Below the pieces are notes generated by a model. The model made no database searches. It was not told where the DNA came from and worked only from the letters and a program-made list of their open reading frames with translations. Made by a program: the position numbers and the translations under genes. Positions 36,561-50,320 of a stretch of DNA of 64,000 bases are shown here, one piece after another (within the stretch, counting starts at the first letter, position 1; every line of letters starts with the position of its first letter). The stretch lies in contig CDPCPM010000026.1 in the NCBI GenBank assembly GCA_976551045.1, positions 21,576,001-21,640,000 on the forward strand. The letters are read 5' to 3'. Origin of the DNA: Glaucostegus cemiculus (taxonomy: Eukaryota).

Positions 36561-39500
36561 TATTCCAGGCCATTGTTTGACCAGTACCTGATGCCCACCC
36601 GTTCCTCAAATATATAGTTGTGTGTAAGATGAGAGAGTGCATGCCAATATCACATTTGTCAGGGAATGGGTATCACCATGAAATCTAACCTTGAAAATGC
36701 AAATCAAATATTTAATTTATGACAATCAGAAGTTGGAATATAGGCTGCCTTGTTTTGTGGCTGCCTTCCCTCCCACCAATACTGCAGCCAAATTTTATTG
36801 CCCATTTTATTTACACCCCTTTTATTGCCTTGGAACATACCAAACAACACATCACACAACAGGAATTATCGTAGGGTATTACTGGAATGCACGGTTATTC
36901 AAAAGTGCACTTGATCACACATGAGGTCAGGCATCAGAACTGCCTTTACAACCTAACTAGAAGGTACATGTTGTTCTGTTCCTCTATGGATTGGAAGTTT
37001 CAAAATTCAGTATGTAAACATGGTAATGGAATATTGGCATCTTTGATGAACCTTGTGCTAGTTGAACATTCCCCAGAGAAGTAAAACTAATTACTAAAAA
37101 TGTATTCTTGGGATGCAACTGGAATCTGGTAAGGCAGTAAATAATTCCCATTTGTAGTTTCCCCGAAGACATTAATTTTCCATCACATCTTGGAGACATA
37201 AGCCACACAAAGGCAATACTGGTTAGGGGAGGAAATTCCCTCCCCAAGGGACTTCAGGAAATCCGCTGGTGCTTTATGGCAATCTGGCAGCTTTCATTGT
37301 TATTTTCTTGATCCGAAACTACAAACTTAATGAATTGAAATATCAAAATATCAAGACTTCCAGATTCTTGGTGCAGTAACAAAACACTAGGCATTGACAA
37401 TGTCAAAAATCCATGCTACAGAGGCATAATCAAAGCAGAAAAGGTCTTGGCTATATCAAATATTACTATTTCAACAATCGTTACGTTACCCCTCCTAACA
37501 TGTCTTCAAATACACAAGTAATATGCGTTTTGAATCATGACACTTGAAATGCTTTTTGGACGTTGGTAAAGTGCATATCTCCAAGATAAGAGATATAACA
37601 CTGACGGTTAATTGATGAAGAATTTGGCCTGATTTTGCTGTGAAATTTTAACATGAAACAGATAACAACCTTGGAATTTTCACAGACATGTGGTTTAACA
37701 AGGAAAGTTCCAAGTAGCTATCAGGCCATGCTATTTTGTAGCTTTCTCTATCAGAATCAAGGGAGACCAGGTGGACTGGCATGACCTTAAGGTGTTTACA
37801 AAGGTCATCTTACCAAGAGATTCCCTAAAATTCTTATGCTTTGATGTATGAGGTAACAGAGGGATTTTAAATGACATATTCAGGCATAGCAAATTCTGAA
37901 ATCCTAAGAAAAACTAACTGTAAATATGTAATTTAGTTATCCCACACAAACAATTCAAAATAAAATGGATTTTAAACTAAAAAAATATGTAACTTTTAGA
38001 CAAGTTGATTTATGATATTCAATCTTGGACCTTAATTGCATGTGTATCTTCCAATCTTTGGGTTGGGTTCTGCAAAATAATTGGATTAATGCTATTTCTT
38101 TCTGACTTTGGGAATTCTTTAATGTGATCACTCAGCCACATTGAACCGATGCCCAATAGCAACCACTGATGGAGAAGGGGAAGCCTACAATGCAGAGATC
38201 GCTAGATCATTATGGGCAGCTTTCATCAAGGTCAGAAGTATCTACAGTATGTTCACGGAACAGATAACATGATCTTTAAAATTTTAAACTTTGGTGAAAC
38301 TTTAGTGAACAAATTTAAAATTTCGTTACAACACACTAAAACTAAAATAGGCATTCATTTGAATCCAACAATGCAATTAACTCTCCACTAATAATTGATG
38401 AATTATTAAAGTACATTTGATTTTAATACATTTTTCTCATTTGAATCCTCACTTTAGTATTTTTCACACCATTTTTCACAGCATCTCTATCTCCAATGCA
38501 TCTCTACATAATGGTGCAAGTGTGCATGCCAGCTCGCAACTGCTGCACTCCTGATTCCCCTCCCTCTGTCAGCAGTCCAGCTGATATCAGCAGCTCAATG
38601 CACGAAATTCATCTACAGGAATCAGCGTCATAGCACTCCAAGGAGCTGTGTTCACAGCTGTTGTACAAGATATATAACCTACATAATCAAGCAGGAACAG
38701 GATTAAGTGTAGAGCAAGCCCTTTCCATAATGCTGTCATAAGGTGCCATAGTAAAAGCATGCAATAACAAGAGACAACTTAAAAGGCAATGTCATACTTG
38801 GCCCTTAATATTAATCTGTGAGAACCTGGCATGCAAACACAATTCCCACAAATTTATTTTCTGCTGTTTTAATGATGTTGTTAATCTGTTTATTTTAATA
38901 TCAAAGCAATGTTTCTATATCAGTAAGGGAGCAACAAATAATGTATTTTCCATTAAAGTCAGGAGTATATCAAAGGAAGTTCCAAGAGAGAACAATTATA
39001 AAGACTGTATAAACTGACACAATTAATGGGGAATGGTCCATATAGCTCATAAATCCATTCTCAGTGCTATACCATCAAATGGAAAATGACTTATTTATGT
39101 AAGTAAACATCATTTTGCCCTTTCTAACCTTTCTCCAGCCAAGGCTGAAATCCCTTGCTTATTATGACCTTTTAACGATCAGTAGAGCATACAGCTGACC
39201 TCCTCCTGTGAGCAATAGCCTTTTTTCTTATTAATAAATTGCATGAAAAACATAATCTGCAGTCTGTATTGAAATACAGTGCAGCGCAGCAATTAAACAG
39301 GCAAGCAGCCAAGGCAGCATCCTCATTAACAGCAGAGCAGGGTCATCAGTCTGCAGCACCTATCAGGCAACTGGACCACAGGATCTCATCAGTCTTACAA
39401 ATGCACCTCTGCACTTGGCAGAATTAATGTAGGTATGAATGCACTAATCACATCACTGAGCATTTCATTATCAACTTTGCTATGGGAAGTAGTTAGGGGA

Positions 39501-40681
39501 GGGGGGGTAGGTGGTTGGAAGAGGAAGGATAGAGCCTGCTTTGTCAACATAACTAAAATGAAAATCAGTCACAGTACTATTTAAAATCTGTATATCTTTT
39601 AAAGATAAAATAAAACATCATGTTTTCTTTTGCCATTACTGATAAGCCTGTGGCCAATGCACAAAAGTGACAAGACTTTACGCTGCCAATGCATTCTTTA
39701 AATAAAACTTTGAGCGGCCTGTGCTCTGGGATCATTAGATCCACTTGATAAATTATGCCATGTTTCTGCTAATGAGGTCTTCAGTTCATTGTTGGATACC
39801 AGTAGCCTCTCCCAATTATACAAACTGTCTTAACCACACAACCTATCAGACGGAAGCTATTGCATAGAGGGCTGGGGGAGGAGAAAGGTGCCTGTCGCTC
39901 TAAGGCCTTGACAATACAAATCTTTCAATAATCAGAAAATGGTTTATGATGAACATTCTCAATTAAGTAGGTAAAATGCGGCCAGTTTATGATGCAGATA
40001 AATTGATGGCTTCCATCACTGTAAGAGAAGCCTGACTTTTATTTTCATACATAAATAACACCAAATATTTGCTAATGAATGTAATTTAATTAACAGTGCA
40101 TAATTTAACTACAGAAGTCAAGCATTTGGTGAGAGTAGGTAAATCAGATAAACATATTCAGACAAAAATAAAGACTAATGATTTTGGTGACACATTTTAT
40201 ACACCTCAATTATTGCTTGGTATCAACAGAAAATCTGCAGACATTTTGTGCAATGTGACATAATATGTCTTTCTACCATTCATATAGTGTGTGGATGGGT
40301 CAACGTTACCTTCAAATCTATGGAAAATGCACACATTCAAATACTAAAATAAAGCATAAAAGGTATTGTTTTCTGGGGTAAGTGAAGGAAGAAACGAAAT
40401 CCCAGTGATTTGGTGTTATTCCATATTTGAAAACCAAAAGCTTTGTACACCATCCCCTGGGTGAAACTGCATTACCTGTCAAATATCAGGTTTGCCCACT
40501 CCTTTTGATGAGCTGTTAGTTAGCACATCTAATTGCACTGACAAAGCTCAGCTGATTTGCAATTCATCATTAATTTTAAGCCTCTTGTCCCAATATTAAA
40601 AATGAATACTGCATGTCTATGGAGGACTGCTCAACACTCTTTCACTAATCTCTGGGCTAATTTACATTTGCCTTATCTCAT

Positions 40682-40765
40682 ACAGACATACACATAGAAA
40701 CACACACGCACACACACACACACACATACACACACACACGCATACACGCACACACACACACACGC
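40682..40765. repeat. (CA)n microsatellite, imperfect
   Basis: Directly visible. Confidence 0.95.
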
Positions 40766-43700
40766 AGTTAAAACAGACTGAGAGGCCTGTCAGAGAGAAA
40801 TAATTACTTCAAATGTGTCCTTTAACCTCTTTACTGCTAGAAATGAACAATACATTGCTGCATTTTAATCAAAACATATCGGCCACTTCACAAAAACAGG
40901 CACTGGGTGCTTTAGATATGCAAAGGACCAAAGCCCGGACTTATATAGAGCAGAACCATTTCTCAAGAGGCAAAGCTGCATCTCAATTCAAATCTGATGC
41001 TTGTTTTAATGTCGCAATCTAATTTGTCATTGCATAGATCAATATTTTCTTGCTGTTAAAATGCTGCAAAATAACACACTTTGCTATTTTGTTCCTCCAA
41101 ACAAGACATTTGCATTTAATCTTTTAGATTTTTGGAAATAACTTCATTTGCCATGTGAAGTTATAAAATGAATTGAAAAATAAAGATAACACTCTAAAAT
41201 CTTGTTACTACTGAGGGAACATATAGAGATTTGTTTTTTTTCCCCAACTAGCTGGTGAGTAGTTTATTAATAAAAGTGCTAGTTCAACCCTCACTCTCAT
41301 CCAGCTATTAAATAGTTACACAAGTAATGAAATCTACCTTATTCTATGTTGTTGTGCTATAAAGGAAGAAATGGCATCTACACTGAGGCTTACCATAGTG
41401 TTTCTCGTCAAATGTCAGATTGAAATCTGCAGGATGTTGTTTATTTATTTTCTTCTACGTCTTGGACCAAGTTTAAGTTTACGGACAAAAGATATTGGCT
41501 TATAATTTACAATGGTATTTTATACATTAATATTCTGAATTTTTCTTCATAGTCACGAGGTAAAGATTATCATCCACTTTCACTGAAATGGTTATTCTTT
41601 TCACACATTTTATTTTAAATTATTCAATCATTATGACAAGATTTGACAAATAAAAGAGAAGGATCTGACTGGTGACGGTGCTGAAGAATAATTTATTTAG
41701 GCTCCAGATAAGGGATACTGTCTCTTTAAATACCTCTTCTTTTAAATATACTTGAGGGCATGACAAAGATTTCCTCATTTCCTTTTAAGAGTGCTTCACT
41801 GAACAGTGTAGTTCAGAGATCAATGCAGTGATTGGCAGGTAATGTTTTTTCCCTGTTATGTCTTAGTAAATTCAGTCTGACAGCTGTTCTTACTGATCAA
41901 AAATAGCAAAGGTTGTTTGATTTTTGTATATAAAAACTGGTAAACAGCACTGAGGAGATGTCTTAATTGTGTTTAATGACTTAAAAAGGCAACGCCATGC
42001 AGATGAGAGTTCAAAGTTTTGTTACATTTCCATAAATTTAATATCGTGCCCAAAGAAGGCATTTGAAAGCACATATTTGCTGACAAAGTTCCATATATTG
42101 AAATATTAGTAAAGGCTTAATATAATCTGATACAGATCTTATGATTCAGACAAACTGTTCACAGGTCTCCATTCTACTCCTGAATTCGGAGGTGTGCATA
42201 ATAGTTATTTACAACTTCTTGTCCTACCTGCTAATATTCTATTCATGGGCAGGGTTACTGCACAGCAAATAGTTTGAGATTGATTAGTTACACAAAATAA
42301 TGGTGTACATGCCATGAGGCTGTGGATTGTTTATACTGGTCAGCCTCCCATAAGGAATAGGAAGAGATCAAATGACATCCCGTGCAATAAGAATAAAGTT
42401 ATGACAATGACTGGAATGCAGCCTGAAGTAGCTGAAATCAGTGTTATATGACTGGAATGAAGAGAATTCATTGTTGCAGAGGGAGGGGAGAATGACCGAT
42501 TCTGCCAATGACAACAAGAAACAAAAGTCCAAAAGATCAAAACAGAGGTATTGCCAACTGCTTGAAGAGTAGTTCTGGACTTCTTAGATGAAATAATGTG
42601 GTGTAATATTTGTGGCATTCTAAGATATCTTGCTGGAAAAGATGAATAAAGACAATTCAAATAGTTACATATAGAATGATGCGTGTGTTATACATAGGCA
42701 AATCGAGAGTGTGCTATAGTCACGTTCAATTTTAAATTCTGTTGGAAGCTGAAGTAGTGACAAATTTATTTGATGTTGTGAATGCAGTGTGACAACAGTT
42801 TGGGTTCCACTCATGCCCCATATGAGATGAAGTAGGTTTCCACCAAAAGTGTTCCAAATACTGACTCTGGTGCTCAAAGATCCTGATAATCTGGTACACA
42901 CTTGCACTAGAGTGCTAAACATCTATGAAGGCAGAAGTAATATCAGAGATGGAAAATAAAAATGACACACTGGTAGAGCACAAGGGGATCCATGTGTTAT
43001 TTCTGAAATAATTGGATGGAGTTAAAGTTTATTTTGTGGCTGAGTTTTACAATACAGTTAACAATGCTGTATTTAACCTGGGAATGTTTGATGTTGATCT
43101 TGCTACTGGATGCTAAAAAATTAAAAAATATCCTATTCACTGGCACTGACAGCCCTCATCGTAATAAGCACAAAAGAAATCTTTTCAAATTGCTACCTCA
43201 TCATTTGTTGGAGCTTGTTTTTGGCACAACTTCAATTTAAAATATAGATTATATTTTAACAATGTGATAAAATATATTTGCACTATTGATTTTTACAAAT
43301 TATCTTCTATACTGTGATTCGTACTTTTCATCAAATAGTCAGACTGTTCATTATATATTTATTTGCATGGAAGGAGGTATGAGGGATCTCAATATTATTC
43401 ACTTGCAAAATGATAACATTGCTTACTGGCAGTAGCACAGTCTCTCGCAAACCACCTACTTCAGGCTGGAACTGCCAAAAGGTAATCACGGTTTTCAAAC
43501 GTCAGCAATCCCACTGCCATTAGTATTTGCATTATTTTCCTACGAATCACAAAAATGAATTGTAGAACTATCTGGTAGCGCAATGTAAAAGTCTGATTTC
43601 CCCAATTAGTGAATATTTGTGCTAACTAAACAGAAATGTTTTCACAATTATTTCAGAAATAACACAGAAGAAAAACTTATTAATATTGATTGTAATGTCC

Positions 43701-45100
43701 CAGAGAGTGTTCAAAAAGGCAGCAAGTATCAACATTAAACCTACTGGTTCTTAAAAGCATTTATTCATTCTGGCCTTCTCTGAAATCAGCCCACAGATCT
43801 CACACAAGCACATTTGAAGTGGCTACTTTTACTCCACAGAGACTGCAGTAACCTTTTCCTGTTAGACAAAGAAAACCCTACTAACTCTCTGATTTCTAAG
43901 GTTGTATTCTGAATATTATTCTTTATCAGATTTTTATTAGCATACCTTAGCAAAGTTCATCAAATTGTTCTAGGTTATTTTGGAAAACCTCTAACTTGAA
44001 CCTCATTTCATTTTCTCCAAGTGTCTACAGGTGGGAGTGATTTGCTGATAAGTGCCTGATTTTATTCCACCTATGAAACTGTCTGGCTCAAATAGTGGGG
44101 CTCACTCACTAACTCTGCTTCCAAGTATATTTTGCATCAGTGGACAGCATCTGGAAAGGCAATTAATTAATCTTCACTCAAACCTGTTTCTGAATCTTTC
44201 TAAATAAAGAATAGGCATTTAAACACAGTAAACAAGCATTGGACAAGCACTAAATGCAAAGGTGAAGTGGCTGAAGCATTTCAGGATTTCATGTTTGACT
44301 GCACTTTCTCTGTCCACAGGGAGCAATCTTCTCCTGCCCTAAGTCCCTTAAAGCCCTTGGCTTGTGAACACATCCCTCATAGAGATGGGGCAGACTCCTT
44401 GCTTGGAGCTGGTACACAGTTTTCTTTTAAATGGTCTTTTAACAAGCATCCGATTGAACCCTCAAAGGCCCACTCGTACCTCTTCTTAAGCACCAGGTCA
44501 GGATGAGAGCAACATTTTCAGAATTCAAAAATGCCTACCCTATTTCAAACTCTGGTTTGATTTAAAGGGACAGTTCACATGCATTGGACCGCCTCAACTA
44601 CTATGTTTAAAAGAACTCCTTTATTATTAATAATTTAAACATTGCCATAGAATAAAGAAATGAAAATAAAACAATATCCTCGAATGCAATAGGGACAGCT
44701 GTTATTTAAATTGTATTTCAAATCCCAGCTATTATCTTGTCTGAGGTTCACATAAGTTAGGCCACAGGATGCTTTAGTAACCACAGCAGGCACACCACAG
44801 ACTTAAAAAGATAACAGTATTTATATTAATTCATCTGCTACCCTGGCATTGGTCCTACAGCTGGATGTGACACCCATTGCCCCAGCTTTCACACTTGCTG
44901 TCTTGCTCATTATGCAATTTGACCAATTTGCTGCCAGAGGCAACCTCTACCCTCAGGCACAGGAGCAGTGGGTTCACAAAAAAGGAACAACGACAACTGA
45001 ACATAAAACAACAGACTCCAGATTGATATGCCCCACTCTATTATTTGCTGAACTCAGTGAAATCTGTCAGGGGAGGGAAGATGGAGAAAGGAAAAGTAAA

Positions 45101-45538
45101 TGACTTGCACTGATATAGCATTGTTTGCAACCTCAGGAGGTCCCGAAGCACTTCACAACTAATGAAGTGTTGTTTTTGAAGTGTAGTCTCAGTTGGATGT
45201 CGGAAACACTGCAGCAAATTTGCACACAGTAAGCTCTCACTGCAAATATATAATGAAAGGATTTTCTTTCAGTGAAGTTGAGTGAGGGGTGAAAATTAGC
45301 CAGGTCATCAGGGAGATTGCCCTCACTCTCCTTAAAATACCACATAGGAACTTAGACATCCATCTGAGAAAGCAAATGTATCCTCAGTTCAAAGTCTTCT
45401 CAGAAAGATACATTTCTAATAGTGCAGCACTCCGTCAGTGATACAGTGCAGTGCCAAGCTATATCTTTGTGGTTACTTTAAGTGAGACTTTCACCCCAGA
45501 ACCTAAAAGTGAGCAACCAAATGAGCCACAATTGACAC
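45101..45538 (-). mobile_element. SacSINE1/DeuSINE-like SINE, near full length
   Basis: Tail GACTTGCA..ATATAGC..CCTCAGGAGGTCCCGAAGCACTT, core TTTTGAAGTGTAGTC..AATTTGCACACAG..AGTGCAGCACTCCGTCAGT, head TGAGCCACAATTGACAC. Confidence 0.8.
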
Positions 45539-46099
45539 TGGGAACTAAACTGTGAAGTGGAAGTCAACAATGATGGGTGTACCACCTAAAATACAATAAA
45601 GTGTCAGTGCTCTTTAATGGTTTCTCCTCTTAGTACTCTAGAAATTAAAGAACAACAAATGAAGGGCACTGTAAGTACAACATGCATCCTAAAAATGCAC
45701 TGCAAACCTATAACCACAGTGCTTGAAAGTAAAATTCATACCCCTGCCTCACATGGACGATCTTCATCTTGCATTCCTTCTGACATTGCTCCCTTCTTAC
45801 TTGCTCTTCAATAACCCAACACTCATCAACCACCAACCCCCATGGAGCTGTCCATCACCACAACCTGTTATTAACAATCCCATTAACAAGTGGCATTACC
45901 GGTATCTTAGAACTTGTGCTAATATGTATGGCCCCTCAGAGAACCATCTTCTGCCCCTAAACAGAAGAGTTCAGTCAATCTAAAGAGCTTTTTAAGACAA
46001 AGGACCTTCATGCTGTTAAGCATGGAAAAGTGCTGCAGATTTTTAATTGTAGTCTTTGACAGGAATATTGAGTATTAGATATATAGCACAATCATTGAG

Positions 46100-46410
46100 C
46101 TAGAGTTATACAGCATAGAAACAGGCCTTTCAGCACATGAAGGGTGCACCAACCACCAAGCACCCATCCACACTCATCCTATGGTAATCCCATTTAATTT
46201 GCCCCAAATTCCCCCTAGGTTCTACTACTAAACTACACACCAGCATCAATTTACACTAGCCAGTTGATTTACCAACCCACATGCCATTGGGATGTGAGAG
46301 GAGACCCATATGGTCACACAGAGAATGTACAAATTCCACAAAGACACTGCTATAGTCAGGATTGAATCCGGGTCACTGGAACTGTGAGGCAGTAGCTCTA
46401 CTAGCTGCAT
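46100..46410 (-). mobile_element. HE1-like V-SINE with CR1-derived tail
   Basis: TACAGCATAGAAACAGGCCTTTC tail; GGATTGAATCCGGGTCACTGG B-box region; collinear with 31943-32290. Confidence 0.8.
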
Positions 46411-49400
46411 GACTTGCCCTGAATTTATGCCGCTGCTTCATATAGGCTATCCTCACCTTCCAGTCCTTATGACATTCAACTTCACCAAAGGAAACAGTAT
46501 ATTAATGACCATTAAATAGCCACAACTTTCTTCAAAATTTTATTGATACTATTGAAACTAACTGTTGGATCATCAATTCTGGTTGCTTTGTTAAATGCCA
46601 TATGCTGCTCTGCCCAGTTTAAACCAAATAAAACAAGTTTCAGCCAAAGTAAACTGCATAGCTTAAATTCAAGTATTAATGTGATAAAGAGATTAAATAG
46701 TGCTTCAACACAGGTTTGTACAGTGACAACTGGGGTATAAAGATCCACAGCCCTATCACAGCCTGAATAGCCTTCAAGTCACTGTGAAAGTCAGCACTGT
46801 CTTAGCCTTGAGAAAGTGAGACATTGGTCAAAAGAAGAATAGGTAAATTAGATGATGTCTTTAAAGAGTTAAAGTGGTCTAGCAAGGTGATGGTATTCCT
46901 TTATCCAATGGAAGTGTAAACATTATTTATATATCTGACTATAGTGCTTACTGTACAGTAACCTGCTGCTTTTATAAAATGCAAATGTGTGAAACCACTG
47001 AAGAGAGAGTTGTCTGACCTTTTTCAACCATCTGCGTCTGTGAAAAAAAGAGGAATTCACAAACCCCCTTCTGCTTACCTGCAATTTTAATGACCTCCTC
47101 TCTTAAATCAAATCACATGGTTCCTATAAAGGTACTGTATTCATTTAAAAAAATATTTAAAAGAATATTTCTTGATGAGAAAACAAGGTGTGAAGGATAT
47201 TTTCCAGAGCAACAATGAAAACCAGATGACAATCTTTCTACCACAGGAGAGCTTTATTACAAAAGGATGTAATCTTCAAACACTTTTCGGCTGCCTAGGA
47301 ACGAAAATGGAGAAAACATGAGTGCACAATGGCAGGTGATTTATAGACTGCAGGCATGCAGAGCGAAAGCAGCCAACAATTAAGCAAAAAATTGTTAGTA
47401 TTACATGAGAAAGGTCTAATTCATTCCAAGGACACACAATCCCCAGACCAAGGGAAAAAAGGAAAGAAATTAATCAACATGGAAATATTTGGAATTGTCT
47501 TGGATGAAGATGGAAATAAGTGATACAGAAATATTTTGTTGTTAATTCTTTCAGGATTTAAATATATATTACCCTATTTCCCCTCTTTTTAAAGGTGCTG
47601 TAGTACTGCTTTTAACTTCCCTCTTCGCCTTTCTTAACTAATTTGATGCTAATCAGTACTAAAACAAACTAATGGCATGGTCTTGTCTGAGGTTAAAAGG
47701 GAGGTAGGAGACCCTTCTTCGTGGTGAAATATCATTTCCAATCCTCAGCTACATATGTGATATTCGATTTCTTTTACATCTGTGGCATTTCACTGTTATC
47801 CTGTTGCTAAAAAAAAATTGGGGGACACAATGAGAGATTAATGGGCAGATCACATTCCATACAGCTGTTATGCACATGAACCAGTGTTATAAACTTGCCT
47901 CCAAGAATAACGATTGACCAACAGTGAGAGGGTGAGAGTGCACAATCTGTAGGATACAATGGCTTTTCCTTGCACAGAAAAATTATTTTCAAAGGAACTG
48001 TGGCATGACTTCATTCTCCTACTGCCTATATTACCAGCTAGAAGATAAAAAATAGTATTTTCTTCTAACTACGGAATTCAAGACCTAACTAAGCTAAGTT
48101 AAACAGGATGCATTATAAAAGGAGCAGAGTTTCTCACCTCACTCTGCTACTTGTCAAAATGGTCTTGATCAACAAAATGCCACGTCTACTGATTCTGTAG
48201 GAATACTGCTCTCTGCTCTCTACTTCTCGTTCTGAAGGAATGTGTTCACAGTTGCTTATTCTTTTTCCATCACTGCCTTTGATTTCCATTTCTCCAATGC
48301 TTCTCCTTCCTCCCCAAAAGGCGGTGATGATTTTTCATTGTTCTGACCACAATGGCTTCTGCGAAGGTGTAGTTCTAAAGGTTCTGGGAGCCACACGCTA
48401 CTTTGACTTATTCTTCATCTGCTTCACTGGACAATGGAAACAAGTGTGTTTTTTGGATCACCCAGAACATCATCGCTGTCTCTAATCCAATGTTCATGCA
48501 TTGACTTTCCAGAAGAGCATAATGGACAATCATCAGGCATGTAAATCAGCCGTTCTATATCTGCACCATCGTTTCACTGATTATTACTGACTCCACATCT
48601 AGTCAGGAACTAGTTCAGATCTATGGTTATTATTAAAGAAAAAGAGACATGCAGTTGCTTTGTTGGCTTTATCTATGTTGTGGAATATCTTTCTCCTCCA
48701 TTACATTTTACTTAAAGAAAGTCTTGTGATATCTCAAGCCAATGGGTATATCAGACTGGTCAAACTGTGACTATTTGCTGACCATTCAAAGATGCAGAGA
48801 AATTAAAACTAAAACTGAAGACAAACTTACAATTTACAAGTAAATTTCTTAAGGTTCAGATAAGACACATAGTGCGAAAAGACAAAAAAATTTTAATGTT
48901 ATGACCTTCTGTTAGTCACTGAATAGCAAATGATACTTTGTTTATCTCCACCATGATGAAATAACACCTCATATGCTGTGAAAATCTTGCTCAAAGGCAC
49001 TGAATCAATGATAGAATTTGAAAACTCAACAAAGAAAGGCTTAAAATTCAATAATCACCTTCATTACAACAACGTCCTCGATAGTTAGCATCCATTTACA
49101 TGTTAACTACATACACAAACAGCACACCAGAAATAAAGTTTCAGAAAAGGTCCACAAATTCCATCAAATGTGTTCACATTATATCAAAACAGCAGGATTT
49201 TGAACAATCAGGCTTCTTCTTGTTTTTTTTACTTCAAAGACCAATGGTTAGCCCTTTATCTTAAGGCTCAAGAACCATGTAAATTAGCTGTAAACAAATT
49301 AGTAGATTATAAAATTAAATTAGTCTCCAAAAAGTTAGACATTTATGCAAAGTCACAGTTTATTAAAACATTTTCTGATAGAAACCAGTGGTTTTGTTTA

Positions 49401-49547
49401 GTTATTTTTCACTCTTTTAAGGAAACCATGTCATTCAGTCAAGGGATTCTTTCAATTTATTCTTCAGGCAGTTGTATAACTATCAAAAGAGCACCTAAAA
49501 CAGAAGTACTCTTAAATCTTAGTTTCCTTAAATGTGTCTGTTTAATA

Positions 49548-49665
49548 GTTCTGATTAAGGGTTTTCAAACTGAACTGTGTTTCTCTTTCCACAGGTGCTG
49601 CCTAACCTGCTGAGAGTTTTCAGCATTTTCTGTTTTTATTTCAGATTTCCAGCATCAGCTGTTCT
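49548..49665 (+). mobile_element. Penelope-end remnant with highly degenerate hammerhead
   Basis: GTTCTGATTAAGGG...TTTCTCTTTCCACAGGTGCTGCCTAACCTGCTGAG...TTTTCTGTTTTTATTTCAGATTTCCAGCATC. Confidence 0.72.
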
Positions 49666-50279
49666 TTTAAAAATATACTTCATTATGTTTCTTTTAGAGA
49701 TTGCAATAGCAATTGATATTTGGTAGCAAGATTTCTTTTTACACACATATGTATAGTTAGCCTCAATGAATTTTTTATACTCTTGCTTAATGTTTTGTTA
49801 CAAAGAGTAAACGGTGGGGATCTTCCACCTGCTGCATTAAGATCTTACATGGAAAGGGAGAACATACAAACCCTAAATATCATGTTGCATCTATTAGCTT
49901 TCAGATTCTGTGACTGACTCTATCACACAAGATCCGCATTTGTATTTTGTACTTGAGTCTAATTTTAGGTAACTCTTCTGCAAAGGACTTATTTTGAATA
50001 AAAACAAGATGTTACTTCAGCACATTATGTTGGTTTGTGTATGTAAACTGTGCCAACTGCTAAATTCTCTTTGCTGGAACTGCACTTATCAATTGTTCAA
50101 AGGGAATTAAAATAAAAGTAACACATTCACTAAAATTAACAACACAGAACTGGCATGGAGCTGCATGGTTCAATTCAGCAATAGAGTTGATTTTATACTA
50201 CCAACAAATAAAACTCAATGGCTTTGTGAACTTTCATTTAAGCTTTCAGCTGTTTGATATAAAATGGTTTCACCATATA

Positions 50280-50320
50280 TGTGTGTGTGTGTGTGCGTGC
50301 GCACATGCGTGTGCGCACAC
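50280..50320. repeat. (TG)n / alternating purine-pyrimidine tract
   Basis: TGTGTGTGTGTGTGTGCGTGCGCACATGCGTGTGCGCACAC. Confidence 0.9.

Noticed and set aside
42340-42922. Adjacent ORFs and a + strand MWCNIC motif hinting at a decayed hAT transposase
   Set aside because: No further transposase motifs or terminal inverted repeats recognised
49170-49613. 147-aa ORF
   Set aside because: Non-ATG start, AT-rich composition, no recognisable domain, and it ends inside a PLE remnant
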